Assembly (NCBI RefSeq): GCF_009914755.1
Contig: NC_060939.1
Source of the DNA: the human T2T-CHM13v2.0 reference genome, Homo sapiens
Reading direction: 5' to 3' (one strand)
Length of the DNA stretch: 64,000 nt
The position numbers were made by a program, and so were the translations under genes. The stretch's first letter is position 1; each line of letters begins with the position of its first letter. Below are positions 22,391-37,845 of this stretch, piece by piece. The notes below the pieces were generated by a model. It had not been told where the DNA came from, made no database searches, and saw only the letters and a program-made list of their open reading frames with translations.

Positions 22391-23174
22391 TCCCCTAAAC
22401 CATGATGCCATAATGCGTGTTCGGTAAATCTTAGAGGAAACCTGGAAACGTTACATCACTCAACACTTCAACAATGAGATGAGTTAAATTTCATCTCAGA
22501 GAGATTTAACATCTACATCCCTTCTCTGTCCATCCCTGATCTTCCCCACTACTAAACAATTCCCAAAACTAACCTTCTCTTCTTCCCCCACAGCAGTTCG
22601 GAAGGTCCTGTATGTCTACTCCATAGGACCCTAGTGGTAAACTTCTACCAAGCAGCCACGTCAGTACTGTTCAGGAGAGAAGGTAGGGGAGAAAACGCTG
22701 GGGAAAGCTGTTTTTCTGTATTTCTATAAAAGGCTTCAGTATCCATCATTGAAGGTCAAGGCATTGACAGCAGGTGATATGCTATTCGTGCATGGAGGAA
22801 AAGAAAAAATGGCACAATGGTCACCCTACAGAAAGAAGTATTTCTGAAGGCAAAATTTGAGCCTTTTAAATGGCATTTTCATAATTACATCACTTTAAAT
22901 ATGATTCTGTACAGGTCAGCAAAGGCCCTACACCCCATTCTTCTTGAGCTGATTGCTAGAAAGTTCTGGGAATAAGCATCTGGGCATAAGTCAATTCTTT
23001 GCATTTTTGAGTCATGGAAAATTTACATTTCTTTTAATTTTTAAAACTATGAAGTTATTACTAATTTCAAAAATATGAATGAAATAAAAACATTCATATT
23101 TACCACCTAGTTTTTCATCATCCATATTTTGCTTAATCTAATTTAGATGTTTCTAAATATAAAAGTAAAACCTT

Positions 23175-23476
23175 GGCCGGGTGCAGTAGCTCACACCTGT
23201 AACTCCAGCACTTTGGGAGGCCAAGGCAGGTGGATCACTTCAGGTCAGAAGTTTGAGAACAGCCTGGTCAACATGGTGAAACCTCACCTCTACTAAAAAT
23301 ACAAAAATTAGCCATGTGTGGTGGCAGGCACCTGTAATCCCAGCTACTCAGGAGGCTGAGGCAGGAGAATCACTTGAATCTGGGAGGCAGAGGTTGCAGT
23401 GAGCCGAGATCACACCACTGCACTCCAGGCTGAGAGTGAGACTTCGTCTCAAAAAGAAAAAAAAAAAGAAAAAAGA
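23175..23476 (+). mobile_element. AluSx-like
   Basis: Full dimer with TSD AAAACCTT. Confidence 0.95.
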
Positions 23477-23637
23477 AAACCTTTAGATAAAGCCAAAGAT
23501 CTGGTTGTAGCTCTCTTGATTCCTTCCTCTCACATTCCTTCCCAGGGGAGACCATGGTACCCATGTTATGTGACTCCCTCTTGTCTACATTTTTACAATC
23601 TTACTATGTCTCCCCCTCCAGAAACAACATAGGGTAC

Positions 23638-25903
23638 TGATATGGTTTGCTGTGTCCCCACCCAAATCTCAATTTGAATTGTATCTCCCAGAATTCCCAC
23701 ATGTTGTAGGAGGGACCCAGGAGGAGATAATTGAATCATGGGGGCCAGTTTTTCCCATGTTGTTCTCATGATAGTGAAAAAGTATCATGAGATCTGATGG
23801 GTTTATCAGGGGTTTCCACTTTTGCTTCTTCCTCATTTTTCTCTTGCCACTGCCAAGTAAGAAGTGCCTTTTTATCTCCTGCCATGATTTTGAGGCCTTC
23901 CCGGCAATGTGGAACTGTAAGTCCAATTAAACCTCTTTTTCTTCCCAGTCTTGGGTATGTCTTTATCAGCAGCACAAAACCAGACTGAAACAATAAATTG
24001 GTACCAGGAGAATGGGGCGTTGCTGCAAAGATACCTGAAAACGTGGAAGCGACTTAGGAACGGAGTAATAGGCAGAGGTGGGAACAGTTTGGAGGGCTCA
24101 GGAGAAGATACAAAAAGTGTGGAACTTCCTAGAGACTTGTTGAAGGGCTTTGCGCAAAATGGTGATAGTGATATGGACAATAAGGTCCAGGCTGAGGAGG
24201 ACTCAGATGGAGATGAGAAACTTGTTGGGAACTGGAGTAAAGGTGACTCTTGTTATGTTTTAACAAAGAGACTGGCAGCATTTTTTCCCTGACCTAAAGA
24301 TTTGTGGAACTTTGAACTTGAGAAAGATATTTAGGATATCTGGTGGAAGAAATTTCTAAGCAGCAAAGCATTCAAGAGGTGACTTGCATACTGTTAAAGG
24401 CATTTAGTTTTATAAGGGAAGAAGAGTATGTAAGTTTGGAAAATTTGCAGCCTGACTATGCGATAGAAAAGAAAAACCCATTTTCTGGGGAGAAATTCAA
24501 GCCAGCTACAGAAATTTGAATAAGGAGAAAGGAGCCTAATATTAATCCCCAAGACCATGGAGAAAATGTCTCCAGGCCATGTCAGTGGTCTTCACAGCAG
24601 CCCCTCCCATCACAGGCCTGGAGGCCCAGGAGGAAAAAATGCTTTTCTAGGCCGAGCCCAGGATCCCTGCAGCATTTGCAGCCTAGGGACTTCATGCCCT
24701 CTGTCCCAGCCCCTCCAGCTGTGGCTGAAAGGGGCCAACATACAGCTCTGGCTATGGCTTCAGAGGGCAGAAGCCCCAAGCCTTGGCAGTTTTCATGTGG
24801 TGTTGGGCATGTGGGTGCACAGAAGTCAAGAACTGAGGTTGGGGAACCTCTGCGTAGATTTCAGAAGATGTATGGAAACATCTCGATGCCCAGGCAAAAG
24901 TTTGCTGCAGGGGTGGGGTCCTCATGGAGAACATCTGCTAGGCCACTGCAGAAGGGAAATGTGGGGTCAAAGCCCCCAAACAGAGTCCCTACTGGGGTAC
25001 TACCTGTGAGAACAGGGCCACAATCCTCTAGACCCCAGAATGGTAGATCCACTGACAGCTTGCACCATGCACCTGGAAAAGCTGCAGACACTCAACGCCA
25101 GCCCATGAAAGCAGCCAGGAGAGAGGCTATACCCTGTAAAGCCACAGGGATGGAGCTGGCCATGACCTGGGAACCCACCTCTTTCATCAGCGTGACCTGG
25201 ATGTGAGACCTTGAATCAAAGGATATCAATTTGGAGCTGTAGAATTTGACTGCCCCACTGGATTTCAGACTTGCATGGGCCCTGTAACCCCTTTGTTCTG
25301 GCCAATTTCTCCCATTTGGAATGGCTGTATTTATCTAATACCTGTACCCCCATTGGATCTAGGAAGTAACTAGCTTGCTTTTGATTTTACAAGCTCATAG
25401 GTGGAAGGGACTTGCCTTGTCTCAGAGGAGAGTTTGGATTGTGGACTTTCGGGTTAATGCTGAAATGAGTTAAGACTTTGAGGGACTGTTGGGAAGGCAT
25501 GACTGGTTTTGAAATCATGAGGACATGAGATTTGGAGGGGCCAGGGGCAGAATGATATGGTTTGGCTGTGTCCCCACCCAAATCTCACTTTGAATTGTAT
25601 CTCCCAGAATTCCCATGTGTTGCAGGAGGGACCAGGGGAGGTAACTGAATCATGGGGGCCGATCTTTCCCATGCTTCTCTCATGATAGTGAATAAGTCTC
25701 ATGAGACCTGATGAGTTTATCAGGGTTTTCCACTTTTGCTTCTTCATTTTTCTCCTGCTGCTGCCATGTTAAGAAGTGCCTTTTGTCTCCTGCCATGATT
25801 CTGAGGCCTCCCCAGCCATGTGGAACTGTAAGTCCAATTAAACCTATTTTTCTTCCCAGTCTCTGGTATGTCTTTATCAGCAGGGTGAAAGCAGACTAAT
25901 ACA
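23638..25903 (+). mobile_element. Full-length THE1A MaLR element: 5'LTR 23638-23992, internal 23993-25552, 3'LTR 25553-25903
   Basis: Two homologous ~350-bp LTRs (TGATATGGTTTG...ACA) with the THE1A-type GGGTTTATCAGGGGTTTCC. Purine tract before the 3'LTR. Perfect 5-bp TSD GGTAC (23633-23637 / 25904-25908). Confidence 0.95.
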
Positions 25904-25939
25904 GGTACGGTCATGTGTGTGTGTGTGTATGTGTGTGTA

Positions 25940-26400
25940 TGGGTTGATGCCATATAGAAATACCATCATACTGTTCTATACTTCTGCAAGTAACCTTTAT
26001 CATTTTCTGTTGTTTTCTGAATTTATTCCTGTTGGTACAGGTAGATCAGATTCATTATTCTCATGCATTTTTGTATTTACTTGTAGGAATCTACTACGAT
26101 CAATTTGAAACCTGAATTTTTGAATGCTCATTTCTTACATCCTTACCACTACTAAGTACTTCCAAAGTGTTCAATTTATGAAATGTTCTCTTATTATTTT
26201 AGTTTTCATTTCTATAATTACTAGTAAGGTGGAACAACATTTCATATATTTATTGGCCATTTGGGTTTTATTTTCTATGAAATCTCCTGTTCCTGCCCTC
26301 TGCCCCTTTTTATAATTAGTTTTTTTCTTATTGAGTCATATGATTTTTATATATTTTATATCCTAATACTCTTGTCAGTTATATGAGCTCAAATATCTTA
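25940..26400 (-). mobile_element. Ancient L1ME-like fragment
   Basis: ATTTCTATAATTACTAGTAAGGTGGAACAACATTTCATATATTTATTGGCCATTTG is typical of antisense L1M. Confidence 0.65.
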
Positions 26401-26519
26401 CTGGAGAAAGACTTTCAAAAGGTTTTATTTCAGAAAGATTGATCAGCTGGCATGCCCCCTTTAGCTCCTTATGTATAGGAATATTTACCACTAGCAAAAT
26501 CATTTATTAATACATTGTA

Positions 26520-26790
26520 TATTCATTCACTAATTCATTTCATAAGAATTTTTTTACTACTACATACCAAATAGGCAATCAACTGTGCCAGGCTTTGTGA
26601 CAAAATAAAGATAAATAAGATGTTTACTTTCCATATACTAACAACATAGATATCTAAAATACATGATAAAACGTAATATGGGCCATAACAGAGAGTCCAA
26701 CTGAGGGGGCACATGCTTTTGGACATTTCATGATAAAAATGGCATGAAACCCCAACTTTGAAAGTTGAGTAGAAGTTGGACTGCACGAAT
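26520..26790 (-). mobile_element. L2 3' fragment
   Basis: ATTCATTCA...CTGTGCCAGGC...AAGATAAATAAGA pattern. Confidence 0.55.
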
Positions 26791-28870
26791 AGGGTTCATG
26801 ACATGCGCCTGAAGGAGATTTCATGAGCAAATATCAATCCATTTTCAAAGCAAACAAGTTACATAATTTATCTCCTTTTAGCCTTAAGACAATTCAGCAA
26901 AGTGGTTATCATCGTCTTTTCATACATCAGAGGGCTTAGGAAACTTGGCAAAGTTTTCAAAACCAGTTAATGATGGGATTTCAGGTAAAACCCATCTTTC
27001 ACTGACTTCACAGCTTTGCTCTTAACATCATGCTACACTACCTCCCGAGGCCTCGAGGGTTTGAATGAGAGGAAGAAGCAGATCATAGCAACAGGCTGTT
27101 TGTGGAGCCAAGTCACTTGCTGCCTGGGCATGCAGGAAGCTAAAATAGGAACAAGGGAGGCAGCTCAGATGGCAAGGGGCTCAAGGCCAGCTCAAAGAGT
27201 GTAGACTGTACCTGGTGGTGTACAGGGAGCTGTTCATTAGACCTCTGGAGAACAAAGGCAAACTATGTGTCAGATTAGTCATGCCAGAGTGAGGGTTTTA
27301 GCAGTATGACCTTGTAAGGAGGTAAGCCAAAAAACTAGCACAACTGTGTGTTGTTGTTGTTGTTGTTTTGCTTTAGAAGATGGAAGATGAGACAGTCAGC
27401 AGAACTCTGCAACTTCTCAATAAATATATGTTGAATGAGTATGTAAATAACGGGCAGAAAGAATAAAAATATATATACAGCATGGTAAGCAGCCCTACGA
27501 AAGTTACTTTACCAAAAGGGAAAGCAGATAGGTCACTATTGTTTTCTTTTAAACCTCTTTTCTTTCTCATGACTGTTTACCTTTGCATTGTGGAATCAAG
27601 TAAAAAGGCCATAACCTTCCTTTTCTATTCTTACACATTTGAGCTTCTTCCTGGCTGTTCTCAGTGCATTGAACAGTGTCACCCTTTACCTCCAGCAGGG
27701 ACTTCCAAGCTGACACAGAAGGGACCTAACAGATTATTGAAACTGATTTACTCGTGTTGTGGAGGAGGAAAACAAGGCCTTAGAATTCAGACATTTGCCC
27801 AAGGTCACTGTGCACATTCCTCCTATCTGGCCATTTCCTACTGCTCGTATTAGAGTTTACCTTTAGTTCTTTAGAACTGAGATATACAGAACGTGCATAT
27901 ATTGAGAAAAACAGGCAAACATGCTTCAGTTTCTCACAGATCTTGAGCATTGACTCTTCCTAAAAGAAATAGAATACGAAATTGAGAAGTGATGGTTGTG
28001 CTACCTGAGGTAGAAAATTGGACTAATTAAGTCAAGGAGACACACAATAATCCTATTCAACACTTAGGAGGTAATAAAACCCTTGGAGTCCATTGTTTCA
28101 ACTGGGTGACCTACCCAAAGACAGCCCACCCATTTACAGATGAAGCCCACAGATAATGAATGTCCCACAGATAGTGAATGTGGAGCCAAAGTTTACACCC
28201 AATTCTTGTGATTCCAATTAAGGTCTTCCCAACGTTCTTCAGGTGAGAAGAACTAGACAGACAGGGAGGAGAAAGGAACATGTGTCAGTCACCATCAATG
28301 AATACAACGTTCATTCATTCATTTATTTATTCATTCTATTTGTTGTATTTAGAGCTTACTCTGTGCTAGATACCACACCAAACATGTAGAGGTGTCTAAC
28401 CTCAAGAAGCATGTAGAGGTGCCTAATCTCACGAATGCTTTGACGCATTTTCTACAGTCTTTTTATATAAACAACGGATAAGACTCTTGACCATCTCTTC
28501 TATCTTCCAAGTTAAAATGAGACTAAATTGTCCTCTTGAAAATTCATCCTCGTATCTCAAGAACACCAAAATACATTTCATAAGGCCTATTTAATGTTTG
28601 GGATGTGTCAGCACCCAGGGCTGTTTCTCAACCATCTATGCACAGCGTTTCTTATTACTCCATTAGGGCCACTACCTCCCAGTCAAATCATCCATATAGC
28701 CAATCATCTAGCAACGTTGAGGGTCTGTTAGGAAAACATGCAAATATACATGAAGAAGTAAAACATAATACTTTTTAAAACTGTTATCACCCCAGTAGGC
28801 ATTCTAGCTATTCCTCCAACATACTTGATCATAAGAATTCTCCAGGATATGTGTTAAAAGTAGAGATTCT

Positions 28871-29480
<610 letters not shown>

Positions 29481-31454
29481 AGCGTGTGAATTTTCTGATT
29501 CAGACCTGCCAAGGGAGGAAGTCTCTGGCAAGTCCAGAAATGCTTGGAAAATCTGCCTTAGAGCATGTTGACCATTATAGAAATCAGAAAGGAGAACTCC
29601 AGATATTCAACTCAGGATCCTCAATTTTGAGGAATATTTGGAAGCAGGAAACACCAGAAAGTGTTTGAAGTTTATAGGTCAGGTGGATGATGGGCCTGGA
29701 CAGGTCGTCAAGGCAAGACAGGGTGAGAGATGTGGAGAGGGTCTTGTGACTGAGGCAGGGAACGGGAAGGGCAAAGGAGAACTCAATGAGGATGTGGATG
29801 TCCTCATTGATTCACTGAATGTTCTCACGGATTCAGGAAGCTGGGAGGCTGGGCAAGAGGTCAATAGCTCTGGAGCAAGCAGTTCAGTTGACCCACAGCC
29901 ACTTTCCTCATATACATATTTACTGACCTAATGAAAAGTCAGATAGCCCAAGCCCACCTGACCTTGAGCTGCTCATAAACAGAAGGGCTGGCTTCATGCC
30001 CACTGTTGGCACCACCAGGAACAAAGTCAGCCCTTGGTAATACAGGGAATGCCATTCAGAGCTTGTCAGGAACCCTAATCTCCTTTGTGGCCCTCTCACA
30101 AGCCTGTTCCTTTTGTGGCAACTGTGAGGAAAACTGGTTGGAAGGTGTTTACAAAGGCTCTTGTCAATAATTCCAAGGCTCCCTTGCCTGCTTCTTGCAC
30201 CTATAAAGATATCAGAAATCCTCATTGTCTTAGCCCTGAAACAGCCTTTTTGGTTTTTAAAGGAACCCTCAATGCTTTGGTTTGATATTATCCAATAGTC
30301 ACAGCTGACCTAGGAATTCTGGAGCTTTGCAACCTTGAGAAATCTATAAAAATGGAGTACATCTCATTTTAAGAACAAAAGCAGGGGATAATTAAAAAAA
30401 AAAAAAGCACGTGCATGCCTGTAAGACTGCAAAGTAAGATCTCAGAATACGAAAGAAGGAAGTAAATCTCTTCATGGATTTCCAAAATATTCCCAATGTA
30501 TTTATATCCCTTCACCTTAAATCATCTGAAAATTACTTTCACATTAAGAATCTCCCTTAAAAATGAGTTAGAACTGATTATTCCCAATTTACAGAAGATG
30601 AAACTGCAGTTCCGAGTGGTTATGTAACCAGAGTGGGAGATAGGGTGATTTAAGCTCAAAGAAAGAGGTACTCCATGTGACATAACTTGCAGAATTTCCC
30701 AGAAATACTGAGAGTGTTCTGATAACTGCTGTCTCCAACTTGATCATAAAAGTAAGCAACTTCTCTTATGTATCTTTGCCTGCCTAACAGTGAGCTCAGA
30801 AAATGGTGACTGAATGAATGATTTTAATGATTGTATCCTTAGTCAATCTGTGAAAGTCATTCCTTTGTTTTGAGGCTTTTGGTCAATCCTCCCAGACAAT
30901 CTCTTCTCAGGGCTTCACTCTCACCAAATCATTTGCTACCGGAGAGGAATCCAATGAGCCCTCTTCTCTCTTTCCCACATGTGACTCAATCCAGCAATAT
31001 CTAATCTTTCAAAATACCTCACGTTGCATCTCAGAGGCATGTCCTTTGAGATATGAATAGTCAACTAAATCAGGCCACCAGAATGTTGTAGTACCATGGC
31101 ATTGACAAGCAGGCAATTAGATGAGTCACTGGGCCATTATTGGGTGACATCCGAGCTCCTTTGCCCTATCATCGGGTCCCAGATGGGTGGTAGTTATGCA
31201 TAACTGAAAGTCAGCTGCAAGATAACTTCTTGGCTTGCCTGTAAGAAATCCCTTCCTGTTGGATGGGTCCATGAAGCTGCTTCTGTATGTGAAAGCTGGC
31301 GAAGGAGAGAGATATGATCTCAGTTCCTTCCTCCAGGGGCTGGAGGACACCATTCAGAGAATCAGGCAAACTGCTCCTGAAAGAGCTTCCCTTATGTGGG
31401 ACTCTGCAGCTGCAGTCCAACCCCTGGGCTTATTTCTGTCAGTTTCCAGCTTTG

Positions 31455-31635
31455 TCTAGTGAGTCATAACAATTTACTAAGCCTCAGTTTCCACATGTAC
31501 TTAAGAAAAAAAAAAAGAGGGACTATAATGCCACTTTTATCATTGGGTTGCCATGAAATTTAAAGGAAAGAGTTTGTGTGGAAAGGCTGATAACCTAGTG
31601 CTTGACACATTATATGCTTTTGACAAATGTCACTT
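31455..31635 (+). mobile_element. MIR fragment
   Basis: AAGCCTCAGTTTCCACATGT...GGGTTGCCATGAAATTTAAA...AGTGCTTGACACAT. Confidence 0.65.
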
Positions 31636-31636
31636 A

Positions 31637-32080
<444 letters not shown>

Positions 32081-33789
32081 TCAGAGAACCCCCACAGAGC
32101 ACTTCTTCCCTAAGAGGAAGCAGAGGTCCAGAGGGGTGGCAGTGTCCAAGTCACATCAGTGACACACCAGGATTAGCATTTGGCTCTCCTCATACCTCAT
32201 CCCCATTTGTTCTACTGCACCATCTTCTGCGCTAATGGTTCACACTATTTAGTTTCTAAGTAAATACCTCTTTGGAACCTAAAAACTTTGTTGCTAGCAA
32301 TGAGAACTGTCAAAGAATAATTTCTTACATGCTCTTACTCTTACAAATCTAAGAACTAAACTCTTTAAGAGTTTTAGCATAGATTTCTGATAGGCAAACC
32401 ATAAAAAAATCATAAAGTGCGGGGGGGGGCATTCCAGGATTGTTTGAGGATAGAGAATGCACACATATCTTAACTTTCCATTGAGACATATTGTTTAATC
32501 ATATTTTAATCCAATATTTCAAACCAAGGAGATTTATGACTTGATGACATTGTTGGGGGTGTGAGGGGGGTGGTGATTACTCTGTAAAAATGCTTCACTG
32601 AGACAGGTGTGAGCATTAGAAACTTAAGATGTCACGCTGCCTTCTCTCATACTGCAGCATGACCTGAAGTGCAACTGTCCTTCAGAGAGGAACCTCAGCT
32701 GGAGACCTCAGGGCTTGCAGGTCCTCTGCCCTTGGATGGAGATAGTGCCTCCATGGGGATAAGGATTATGCCTGGCTTTTCTACTACTGCATTTCCACAG
32801 CCTAAAGCAGTGTTTTCCGATAGTGAGTGGTCAAAAGTAATTGCTGCTGTTGTTGCTGAGAGACAAGTTTTAGAATAGAAGACAATTATTAAACGTTTGG
32901 TCTCATGATAGAACTCAATAGGTCAACAAGAACAAAAACAGCAACAGCAAAACAAACAGAAGAAAACTTGGCTCACCAACTCTGGACTGTGTCCTCCATT
33001 CTCCAGGCTGCTGAGTTTGTCCTCCTGCCTTGGCAGATCCAGGTAGCATAATTGTTTGGGTGTGTCACTCCAGCCTGTTTCTCGGTGTCACGCTATCTTC
33101 TAGGAATTCACACAATGAACAGGTTTTGGAAGAACACCAGCTTGTTCTCAGACTTCCTTTTCTCTTGTTGTTTTTCAGAATTCAGGTCAGTTTCTATCTC
33201 CACATCTTCCTATCACCTGTTACTGGATTTCAGCTTTGGTTTTCTCCATAGGACACAGCACAGACATTGTCATTGGGTCACCATCTGATTTAAATCACTT
33301 CTTGTCTCGTTGTGAAAGGTGATCAGTTTGCCTTACACAACAGAAGGGATTGCTGTGGAGTCAAGAAACCTGAGCACATGTCCCTTTGGGAAAGGGGTTA
33401 AGTCTTCAAAAAGGAAAACGAGGGAAGAGAACTCAATGGCAGGCAGTAGCACATTGTTTACATGAGACATGGATTCCACTTGTTAAAAAATCTGTCTGTT
33501 GGTGTCACAGCGATTTTGTCTTTATGTTCACGGAGAGAACTGATCTTGTGGTCAAGATGACTGGGAAAAAAGCCTCTCAGCTTCAGTCTTCAGGTGGGAT
33601 GGGGAACAAGGTGTGGAAGAAATTAATGGGAATTTCTAGATACTTAAAAGGTGGCCTTGTTCTCAAGCTTCCTGATAATGGTGTTTTGGTTTCATTATCT
33701 CCCAGCTCACTGCTTCCAGCTCACCCTTTCTGACCGCAGCCTGAATGTGTTGGAACAAAGTTATTCTCATGGCTTCTGGAGCCAAGTTC

Positions 33790-34210
33790 CTCATTCAAAA
33801 ATATGTATTACGTGTCTTGTGTCTGCCAGGTACTGTTCTAGTTGCTGCAGGGACCAAAAAACCATGGAGCTTTCAGCCTCTTGGGGAAAAGACAGACAAT
33901 AAAGAGATGAACAAACAAACAAATATTGCAAGTAGTGCCTGACACGATGAAGAACATACACAAGGAAAGGGGAAGGGAGTGGCAGGTTAAGGGTGGTCTC
34001 CCTTGAAGAGGACCAGGGAAGGCCTTGTCAAAGGACAGCATGTGAGCTGAGATATGGATGATGTCAAGAAGCCGGCCACCAGAGGGCCAGAGAGACAGTC
34101 TTCCCGGCAAAAAGCAGGTGCAAAGATTCAAGATGCAAAAGAGCTTGACAGGGTGCACTGGACAACAGGAAATGAGGAGGAGAGGCAAGGGGATGAGCCT
34201 GAAGAGAAGC
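33790..34210 (-). mobile_element. L2 fragment
   Basis: CATTCAAAAATATGTATT...TGCCAGGTACTGTTCTAG...CAGGGAAGGCCTT...TGAGCTGAGA. Confidence 0.7.
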
Positions 34211-34447
34211 AAGGAGCCCATTCATCAGCCAGCTGGGCCCTGCACAGAAGGAGGGCCTGATGTTCCTTTAACTCAGACCCGTCCCTGAAAATTCTATCTG
34301 AGAAGACGGCCCCTCACATGTAAGCATGTCATAAAAGATGACTGGCTGGTGAGGTCTTAATGAGAAAGAGAGAGACAGAGAGAGAAAATAAAGTCTAGAA
34401 ATTTCTTAGTGTTGTTTTGTTGTTTATAGAAATTAAAAATTGTTTGT

Positions 34448-34650
34448 GGCTGGGTGTGGTGGCTGACTCCTGTAATCCCAACACTTTGGGAGGCTGAGGC
34501 GGGTGGATCACCTGAGCTCCGGAGTTCGAGACCAGCTTGGCCAACATGGTGAAACCCCATCTCTACTAAAAATACAGAAGTTAACTGGGCATGATGGCAT
34601 GCACCTGTAGTCCCAGCTACTCGGGAGGCTGAGACAGCGAATTGCTTTGA
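34448..34650 (+). mobile_element. 3'-truncated AluS with no tail
   Basis: Left arm is complete; the right arm stops at GAATTGCTTTGA. Confidence 0.9.
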
Positions 34651-36687
34651 TACTTGGCTTGGTGGACTTGTTACTTTGCAAATAATTAAATAACTTTCAT
34701 TGTTTATATAACATGCAGAAAATAAAGAAAGATGGAAAAATCAACAACCCTACACTCAGAGATAAATTGCCATATTCATATTTTGTTTGTTTGTTTAAAC
34801 ATCATTGAGATCCCCATGTGATCTCAGTCATGTAACCTGCCTCTTTCAATCACTATGCTGGAATCTGGAAGGTTCTTCATCAACACGATCTTTATGGCAA
34901 TATAACAGTTCAGGCTATGAATGGAGAATAACGAATTTCACTAGCTCCCTTGGGGTGGACATTCCAATTATATCCAGTTTTCTTATCATAGACCATTTGC
35001 TTTTTTAACTTCATATTACGAGCCTGGGGAAAAGATATGAAAGAGTAGATATGTATGTAGATGTGAGATCATGTATTTAAGAATCCAGGATGAGCTCCAC
35101 CATCCCCCACCAAGCAACAGGCATCTCTTGGTCCGGGCTGCCACTCCGCAAGAGCTGCCTTCATGAAAGGCCATCCCTGAGATGAAGCCAAGGACCACTG
35201 ACCTGACCGATAATGGAATTCCCAGACTTCTAATGGGATAGGGAGAGTGAGTAGGAAAAGGGAATCCAGAGTGAGGTTGCCGACTCCACGTCTGCACAGG
35301 TGGCCTGTGTGTCCTGATTGAGCATTTCTTTCTCCAAGACTGGAGTATGCAGATAGCCCACCTCTCCTCTGCACTGTGGCTCGACATCTGGGACCTGCAG
35401 TGTTGCCCACCACTCTCTTATTTGATATCAAAATGCACTCAAGCTTGGTTCTATAAACGTGGAGTTTCACAAGAGCTAAAAGTAAAAAAAATCAATCTGT
35501 AGAATGGCTGCTGTCAAGGTTGGGCAGAAGGTTGATTTAGTCTAACAGCACACTCTCTTCCCTCCCACCTCTGTCTGGCCCTCTCTCCATGCCAGAGAAA
35601 GAAAGGAGGACTGTAAGATTCTCTGCTCCACTTTCAGCTCCAGACAGGGTGTACTACTATGATGATATTGGTCACACTGTACACCTGCACCTATGTTGTG
35701 TATCTATGGCTTGGGGAGTAGAGTTGCTATGTTCCTCTTTACTTCCCTAGTGCTTCCCTAGTACTTCCTTAGCACATTTCTGGGTCCAGAGCACGTTCGC
35801 AAAAAATCTTTGCTCATCTTTATTTGCAAAGGGGAAAAGAATTAAAGCTGATTTTCAAAAAATGAACGCCGTGTAAATAAAGTGAGTGCTATGGCCTTTA
35901 GAGGTTACACAATTCCTGCAGGCCCATTGACATTGTTCACAAACAATTTTTCCAAACCATCTCTTGGAATTATCTTCAGAGGCAGACTCTAAACAAAACA
36001 TGAAAACAAATGTGATGACTCTCTCAGTGGAACCTCCTTTTTGATGATTGCAGAATAACTCATTTGATCCCTCATTCTTCACCCGATTTGGCTCTGCACA
36101 ATGACCAGTGCTGTCTAAAAGCTAACGTTTAAGAATTTGTTGGCATATAAGTTATTCTGCTGCAGGGCTTTCCGGGAATTCCCAAAGTGTTTGGAGCACT
36201 AGTGGCAGGGCTGGGTTAATGGGAAATTTCCCATCCAATCTGCCAGGAAGGAGTCCAGGTCCATATGCCTGGAACAGGTTGGGAGGCTTGGTGATCATAT
36301 CAGTCTCAAAACACACACGATTTGCCTGCAACTTAAAAACCACTTTCTACCATTCCCCAAATAATTCCCCAACTTCCACCTAACATATTCAGTCTATAAA
36401 GTATAATAGAATTTAATGGGCAACTGCTCTGTCTTTGTTGAGCTAAACAAGACAGCACAATTACACTCAGTCCCCAGGGCCATACCATGAAAGGTAGAGA
36501 CACAGACTTATTGCTCTTCATGAAACCCAAGGGAGGTGTCTGGGAAACTCCCTTGGGAAAGAATGACTTTGACAGGAAGTGGCTTCTTGGTATTTTATGG
36601 CAGAGAATGCCTCTCTAATTTAAAGCTTCTTTTCTTTTGATAAAAACAAAGCCTTTAACAAAATTGTAGGAGGAATATTTCATGGGC

Positions 36688-37370
<683 letters not shown>

Positions 37371-37459
37371 CCACTTCTTCTAAATGGCATGTTTGGGTGA
37401 TAAAAAATTCAGAAGTTCTTTTTTCCTCAATGGAGGCTAAAATAGAAGACAGCCAGCCA

Positions 37460-37845
<386 letters not shown>

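Noticed and set aside
23951-25206. ORFs of 113, 150 and 176 aa
   Set aside because: They lie within the THE1A internal sequence and are broken remnants of the MaLR ORF or alternative frames.
25807-25819. PRDM9 hotspot motif in the THE1 LTRs
   Set aside because: The copies read CCTCCCCAGCCAT, CCTCCCCAGCAAT or CCTTCCCGGCAAT, not the hotspot-associated CCTCCCTAGCCAC.
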